Positions 28,956-33,368 of a stretch of 33,368 bases of DNA are shown here, one piece after another. The position numbers were made by a program, and so were the translations under genes. The notes beneath the pieces are model-generated. The model saw only the letters and a program-made list of their open reading frames with translations. It ran no database searches and was not told the origin of the DNA. Source of the stretch: Candidatus Eiseniibacteriota bacterium (GTDB lineage Bacteria; Eisenbacteria; RBG-16-71-46); assembly GCA_031364845.1 (NCBI GenBank), contig JANLWX010000071.1, positions 1 through 33,368 of the forward strand, in the 5' to 3' direction. Numbering within the stretch: the first letter of the stretch is position 1; every line of letters starts with the position of its first letter.

Positions 28956-31373
28956 ATGACCGGCCGGCTCCAATTCTATCTCGGCGTCTTCCTGCTCACC
29001 GGTTCCACGATGATGCTGGAGGTCGTCCAGACCCGGCTGCTCTCGGTCGTGACCTGGTACCACCTCGCGTTCTTCGTGATCAGCTCGGCAATGTTCGGCA
29101 TGACCGCCGGCGCCGTGTGGGTCTACCTGCGGCGCGACCGGTTCACGCCCCAGATACTGACGCGCGACCTCGCCGCGACTACCACCGCGTTCGCGATCAC
29201 GACCGCATTGTCGCTCGCCTTCCAGGTGACACTGGCCCCGAGTGTGTCGCGCTCGGTCACCACGATCGTGGTGTTCGCCGAGCTGTCGCTCGCGATGGCG
29301 ATCCCGTTCTTCTTCAGCGGTGCCGCGGTGAGCCTCGCACTGACGCGCAGTCCGTACCCGGTCGGCGTGGTGTATGCGGTCGATCTGGCGGGAGCGGCAC
29401 TCGGATGTCTCGGAGTGCTCGCGATCCTCCAATGGACCGACGCGCCTTCGGCGATCCTGCTGATCGCGGCGATGGCGGCCGCGGCCGCGATGTTGTTCGC
29501 CGGTGCGAGTCCGAAGGCGAGCATCGCCCCCTCGCCAGGTCTGCCGTCGTTCGTGCGTCCGGGAGTGGTGTGCCTCGTGTTGGTCGTGCTCGGACTCGTG
29601 AATAGCGCGACGCCCTATGGGCTGCAACCGATCGTGGTCAAGGACTCGGTCGAGCGCAAAGCGGGCGAGTTCCTGTATGAGAAGTGGAACTGCTTCTCGC
29701 GGATCATCGCGATGGCGCCGGAACGCATCGAGCCGGCGCTGTGGGGACCGTCGGTCACGTTACCGCCGAACGAGAGCGCGCGGCAGATCGCACTCAACAT
29801 CGACGGGGCGGCCGCGACCACGATGTTCCGCTTCGATGGCCGCCGCGATTCGGTGCGCTACCTCGAGTACGACCTCACGAATCTCGCGTACTTCGTGAAG
29901 CACTCAGGACGCAGTGCGGTGATCGGCGTGGGCAGCGGGCGCGATCTGCTGTCGGCATCGGTGTTCGGCATGAAGGACGTGACCGGCATCGAGATCAATC
30001 CGATCTTCGTCGACCTGCTCACCGCCCGCGCGCCGTTCCGCCAGTTCGCGGGATTCGACGCGCTGCCGGGCGTGCGGTTCGTGGTCGACGAGGCGCGCAG
30101 CTGGTTCGCGCGCACCGACGAGAAGTTCGATCTGATCCAGATGAGCATGATCGACACATGGGCCGCGACCGGCGCGGGCGCGTTCACGCTGACCGAGAAC
30201 GGGCTCTACACGGAAGAGGCGTGGGAGATCTTCCTCGGCCGGCTCGAGGAGCGCGGCGTGTTCACGGTGAGCCGCTGGCACGCGCCCGGGGAGATCAACG
30301 AGACCGGCCGCATGATGAGTCTCGCCGTGGCCGCGCTATTCCGGCGCGGCGTGAGCGATCCGCAGCAGCATCTGTTCCTCGCCTCGACCGGTCCGATCTC
30401 GACGCTGATCCTCTCGATCTCACCGCTCGATACGGTGCAACTCGCGACACTCCGCGACGTGTGCGCGCGTTACCGCTACGACGTGCTGTTGAGCCCCGGG
30501 CAGCCGGCGGGATCGGAACTGTTGCAGCGCATCGTCACCGCGAAGGACCGCGACGAGCTGCTGGAGCGCACGGCGCACGGAGATCTCGACCTGTCGCCGC
30601 CAACCGACGACCGCCCGTTCTTCTTCAACCTGTTGCGGATGACGCGCGCCCATCGCGCGTTTCAATACCTGAGGAGCGGGGGAGTCGTGGGCGGCAATCT
30701 GATCGCGACCCTGAGCCTGCTCACGATCCTGATCGTCGCGGCGATCCTGGTGGTGATGACGATCGTCGTGCCGTTGCGGCACTCGGTGCGCGACGTGGGT
30801 CGCTCGCTGGTCTACGGAGGCACGCTCTACTTCGCCTTGCTCGGGCTCGGCTTCATGTTCGTCGAGATCGGACTGCTCCAGCGGCTCAGCGTGTTCCTCG
30901 GCCATCCGGTCTATTCGCTGAGCATCGTTTTGTTCGGCCTGATCCTCGCGACCGGCGCCGGCAGCCTTATGTCCGAGCGTGTGCGGCTCGAGTCGCGCGG
31001 CGCGGTTGCGGTGTGGGCCGGGGCCATCGCCATCTATCTCGTGGCGCTCCCGATGTGGCTGCCCGCGGCGATGCGTGCGTTGCAGTCGGCGGACATTCTT
31101 GCGCGGGCGGGGCTGGCGACCGGCGTCATCGCGCCGGTGGGCATTCTGATGGGACTCGCGTTTCCCACCGGCATGCGCATCGTCCAGCAGCGCGACGGCC
31201 GCCCGACGCCGTGGTTCTGGGGCATCAACGGTGCAGCGGGTGTGCTGGCGTCGGTGCTCGCGGTGGCGCTCAGCATCGCGTTCGGGATTCACACGACGCT
31301 GTTTCTGGGGGCACTCTGCTACCTGGGATTGATCCCTGCCTCGGGCATCATGCAGAGCGCTCGCCGGGCCTGA
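28956..31373 (+). CDS. Spermidine-synthase-like SAM-dependent methyltransferase fused to N- and C-terminal membrane domains
   Basis: N-terminal TM block (MMLEVVQTRLLS, YAVDLAGAALG); SAM motifs VIGVGSGRD, GIEINP, DEARSW, FDLIQMS; PTDDRPFFF; C-terminal TM block (LGLGFMFVEI, PWFWGING). Confidence 0.85.
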   Translation: MTGRLQFYLGVFLLTGSTMMLEVVQTRLLSVVTWYHLAFFVISSAMFGMTAGAVWVYLRRDRFTPQILTRDLAATTTAFAITTALSLAFQVTLAPSVSRSVTTIVVFAELSLAMAIPFFFSGAAVSLALTRSPYPVGVVYAVDLAGAALGCLGVLAILQWTDAPSAILLIAAMAAAAAMLFAGASPKASIAPSPGLPSFVRPGVVCLVLVVLGLVNSATPYGLQPIVVKDSVERKAGEFLYEKWNCFSRIIAMAPERIEPALWGPSVTLPPNESARQIALNIDGAAATTMFRFDGRRDSVRYLEYDLTNLAYFVKHSGRSAVIGVGSGRDLLSASVFGMKDVTGIEINPIFVDLLTARAPFRQFAGFDALPGVRFVVDEARSWFARTDEKFDLIQMSMIDTWAATGAGAFTLTENGLYTEEAWEIFLGRLEERGVFTVSRWHAPGEINETGRMMSLAVAALFRRGVSDPQQHLFLASTGPISTLILSISPLDTVQLATLRDVCARYRYDVLLSPGQPAGSELLQRIVTAKDRDELLERTAHGDLDLSPPTDDRPFFFNLLRMTRAHRAFQYLRSGGVVGGNLIATLSLLTILIVAAILVVMTIVVPLRHSVRDVGRSLVYGGTLYFALLGLGFMFVEIGLLQRLSVFLGHPVYSLSIVLFGLILATGAGSLMSERVRLESRGAVAVWAGAIAIYLVALPMWLPAAMRALQSADILARAGLATGVIAPVGILMGLAFPTGMRIVQQRDGRPTPWFWGINGAAGVLASVLAVALSIAFGIHTTLFLGALCYLGLIPASGIMQSARRA

Positions 31374-31386
31374 GTTCGTTGCCCGG

Positions 31387-31953
31387 CTACAACGCGCCTT
31401 CCGGCGCGTTCGCTTCGTCGCGCACCACACTCGTGATGACCGCGCGCGTCTCGGGCGCGAACCAGTCGACTTCGCCCGGCTGCGACACGAAGATGCGCCC
31501 ATGGCGATCCAGCAGATACGTGTAGGGCACGCTCGGACACGGCAGCACGTGCGCCAGCGAGCGCTCGTGATCCAGCAGCACCGTCAGGTGCAGCCGATTG
31601 CGCGCGATGAACCGCGCCACCGAAGGAAACGGATCGAAGCACACCAGCACGACCTGGACGCTGTCCATGCCGGGTGCCTGCCGCAACGAATCGAGCAGCG
31701 CCGCCTGCGCGAGACTGTGGCGCTCCCACGGTGCCCAGTAGTGGACGAGCGTCACGCCGCTTCCGCTCTTCAGGCGATGCATCCCGACCGGGACCTTGGG
31801 GAGCGCGAGATCGAGGCTCGCGTCCGCGCGGCTCGCCGCCGGCAACATCGTGAGCGGCCGCGCTTCCTCGCCCGGCCGGCTCACGACGAACAGCTCGCGA
31901 CGCCATACGACGAGCGCCGCGAGGATCAACACCGCGATCACGATGCGGCGCAC
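31387..31953 (-). CDS. Membrane-anchored TlpA/ResA-like thioredoxin-fold protein lacking the CxxC motif
   Basis: N-terminal TM anchor from GTG 31953; VTLVHYWAPWERHS at the WxxWCxxC position; SVPYTYLLDRHGRI cis-Pro loop; GEVDW. Confidence 0.75.
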   Translation of the reverse strand: MRRIVIAVLILAALVVWRRELFVVSRPGEEARPLTMLPAASRADASLDLALPKVPVGMHRLKSGSGVTLVHYWAPWERHSLAQAALLDSLRQAPGMDSVQVVLVCFDPFPSVARFIARNRLHLTVLLDHERSLAHVLPCPSVPYTYLLDRHGRIFVSQPGEVDWFAPETRAVITSVVRDEANAPEGAL

Positions 31954-31954
31954 G

Positions 31955-32071
31955 TCAGACCGCCGCTTCCGGCATCGGCGCGCTCGGCGCGGGAATGAGA
32001 AACGCGCCGTAGGTGCGGTAGGCGATGATCGCGACCAGCGCCGAGATGGTGACGAGATACAAAGCCAGCAT
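31955..32071 (-). pseudogene. cstA: 38-codon remnant of a carbon starvation protein A (CstA) gene, probably internally deleted
   Basis: Manual translation gives MLALYLVTISALVAIIAYRTYGAFLIPAPSAPMPEAAV*. The first 25 aa resemble the CstA first TM helix (..AYRxYGxFL). Below the ORF-track size cut-off. Confidence 0.6.
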
Positions 32072-32077
32072 GGCGGG

Positions 32078-32107
32078 AGTCTATGCAGTGGGGTGCGGGC
32101 GAGGCAA
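32078..32107 (-). promoter_or_regulatory. Sigma70-type promoter TTGCCT-N18-TAGACT; predicted leaderless start at ATG 32071
   Basis: -35 at 32107-32102, -10 at 32083-32078, then 6 nt to the ATG. Confidence 0.55.
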
Positions 32108-32144
32108 GGATGGTCCAACTCGCCGGTGGCGAGCACAACGAAGC

Positions 32145-33029
32145 TCAGTGATCCGGAATCCTTTGGACGACCGGTTGCAGTTTCAATCCCGTGGGCGTGA
32201 CCGAAACGACAGTATCGATGCTGTCGAAGGGAAGCCCGAACACGGGGATGTTTCCCTGATCGTCGATCACCAAGCGCTCGAGGCAAGCAATAGCGTCGAG
32301 GGTGTCGCGCGATGTCTGGGTAACGGGTAGGAGAAGACGAGCGCCGACCACTGCAACGAATGCGCAGCCATGAATGCGCGTGCGAGGCCTTCGAACCACA
32401 GTCGGCGTATGTTCGATCGCAGGGCCGATTATGGTTCGAATCATCTCAGTTCCAAGAGTCCCGGCACGTTTGTCGACGTTCGTGATTCGCACCAAGATCA
32501 CTGATGTGCCGGAAAGCAACCAATTGCTCGCGATGCGCACACCCTCGGTCGCCAAGAGAGATGCAAGACGACTGTATGTACCGGGGTCGGACATCGGTCG
32601 ACCATCGAGAGAGTCAGGGTTCCTCGTGCAGTCCAGGTTGTCTGGGTCGAGGCAAGTGAGCAAGGAACCATCCGGCATGAGCTTGGTGAGGTTACCCACC
32701 ATGGAGACTGGATGGGGTTCGGGCTGTGCGACCGTGGCGTAAGGACGTACCCACGAAGCTGTCCCTAGAACCACGCTGCCCGTCTCAAATCCGATTGGGT
32801 TCGTGTTCAGAACGATGTTCGAGTCGGGCACGGTTCCATGAAGAATTCGGGTGATGTGCAGGGGGATTTTCCCTAAATAACTCCTACCAGAGACGACACC
32901 TTCGAAGGCGATGTCGGAGTTCACTACTCTCGAAATGATTCCCAGGCGGCTCGAAGCTGCGGTGCCCGTCAGGACGCACAGAAGCGAGAGGCAGAGCACA
33001 GCTTGTGAGGATCTCTTGCCATGGAACAT
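32145..33029 (-). CDS. Hypothetical exported protein (lower-GC region)
   Basis: 294-aa ORF with an N-terminal hydrophobic signal-like segment (AVLCLSLLCVLTGTAASS), no recognised family, and visibly more A/T at third codon positions than its neighbours. Confidence 0.6.
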   Translation of the reverse strand: MFHGKRSSQAVLCLSLLCVLTGTAASSRLGIISRVVNSDIAFEGVVSGRSYLGKIPLHITRILHGTVPDSNIVLNTNPIGFETGSVVLGTASWVRPYATVAQPEPHPVSMVGNLTKLMPDGSLLTCLDPDNLDCTRNPDSLDGRPMSDPGTYSRLASLLATEGVRIASNWLLSGTSVILVRITNVDKRAGTLGTEMIRTIIGPAIEHTPTVVRRPRTRIHGCAFVAVVGARLLLPVTQTSRDTLDAIACLERLVIDDQGNIPVFGLPFDSIDTVVSVTPTGLKLQPVVQRIPDH

Positions 33030-33368
33030 GCATGACTCACAAGGACGGTTGTTTCCGTGGCTGTAGGCCGGCTCTTCCGATTCCGCCGAAGTCTACGCCT
33101 TTCTCGTCGCCGGTCACTCAATCATCACGGGTCCAAGCTCAGCCCTGCGCGAGATTGCTTCGCTCCATGCACCTTACGCTGCATGAATTCGATGCCAAAC
33201 GTCTGCTCCGCCTCGAATTGATTGTGTGCCCGGCTTGCGACAGGCAAAGCCTGAGAAAGGGGGATTCGCTGATGAAGCGGTGAAACCTTTCGCTGGAACC
33301 CTGCAGGTAACCAGTCCTGCCCGGTCAAGGCTGGCAACCAACCGGAACCGAGTGTTGCGTGGTCGGAG

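Noticed and set aside
33005..33368. ORFs 33005-33283 (+) and 33125-33337 (-)
   Set aside because: Short, with no motifs, no clear RBS and no recognisable coding bias. The minus-strand one is open to the window edge and cannot be judged.

Overview
High-GC bacterial chromosomal segment. Four secreted proteins with FlgD-Ig/T9SS-like C-terminal tails and one with a TWGxxKxLYR tail suggest an FCB-group organism such as Ca. Eisenbacteria (inference, not checked). Left to right: a partial signal-peptide oligoendopeptidase F; a five-gene minus-strand regulatory operon (RsbW-like ATPase, STAS anti-anti-sigma, ECF sigma, membrane anti-sigma, PrsW protease); a divergent DUF853/HerA-like ATPase followed by two GT-C-type membrane glycosyltransferases; tRNA-Ala(GGC); an ankyrin protein with a structured, switch-like 5' leader; two tandem, translationally coupled Ser/Thr kinase-TPR paralogues; an orphan modA; a cluster of secreted proteins (GH16 glucanase, TWGxxKxLYR protein, 12-repeat kelch protein, M14 carboxypeptidase, 14-repeat beta-propeller); a spermidine-synthase-like membrane methyltransferase; a TlpA-like protein lacking CxxC; a 38-codon cstA remnant; and a lower-GC hypothetical gene. 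The clearest unexplained structure is 17263-17753. It consists entirely of four diverged fragments of neighbouring genes (kelch x2, M14, modA), in the order expected from a collapsed tandem duplication of a ~9-10 kb block, and one fragment has gained a new hairpin. No CRISPR array, integrase, transposase or reverse transcriptase was seen. Identities are hand counts; no database search was run.
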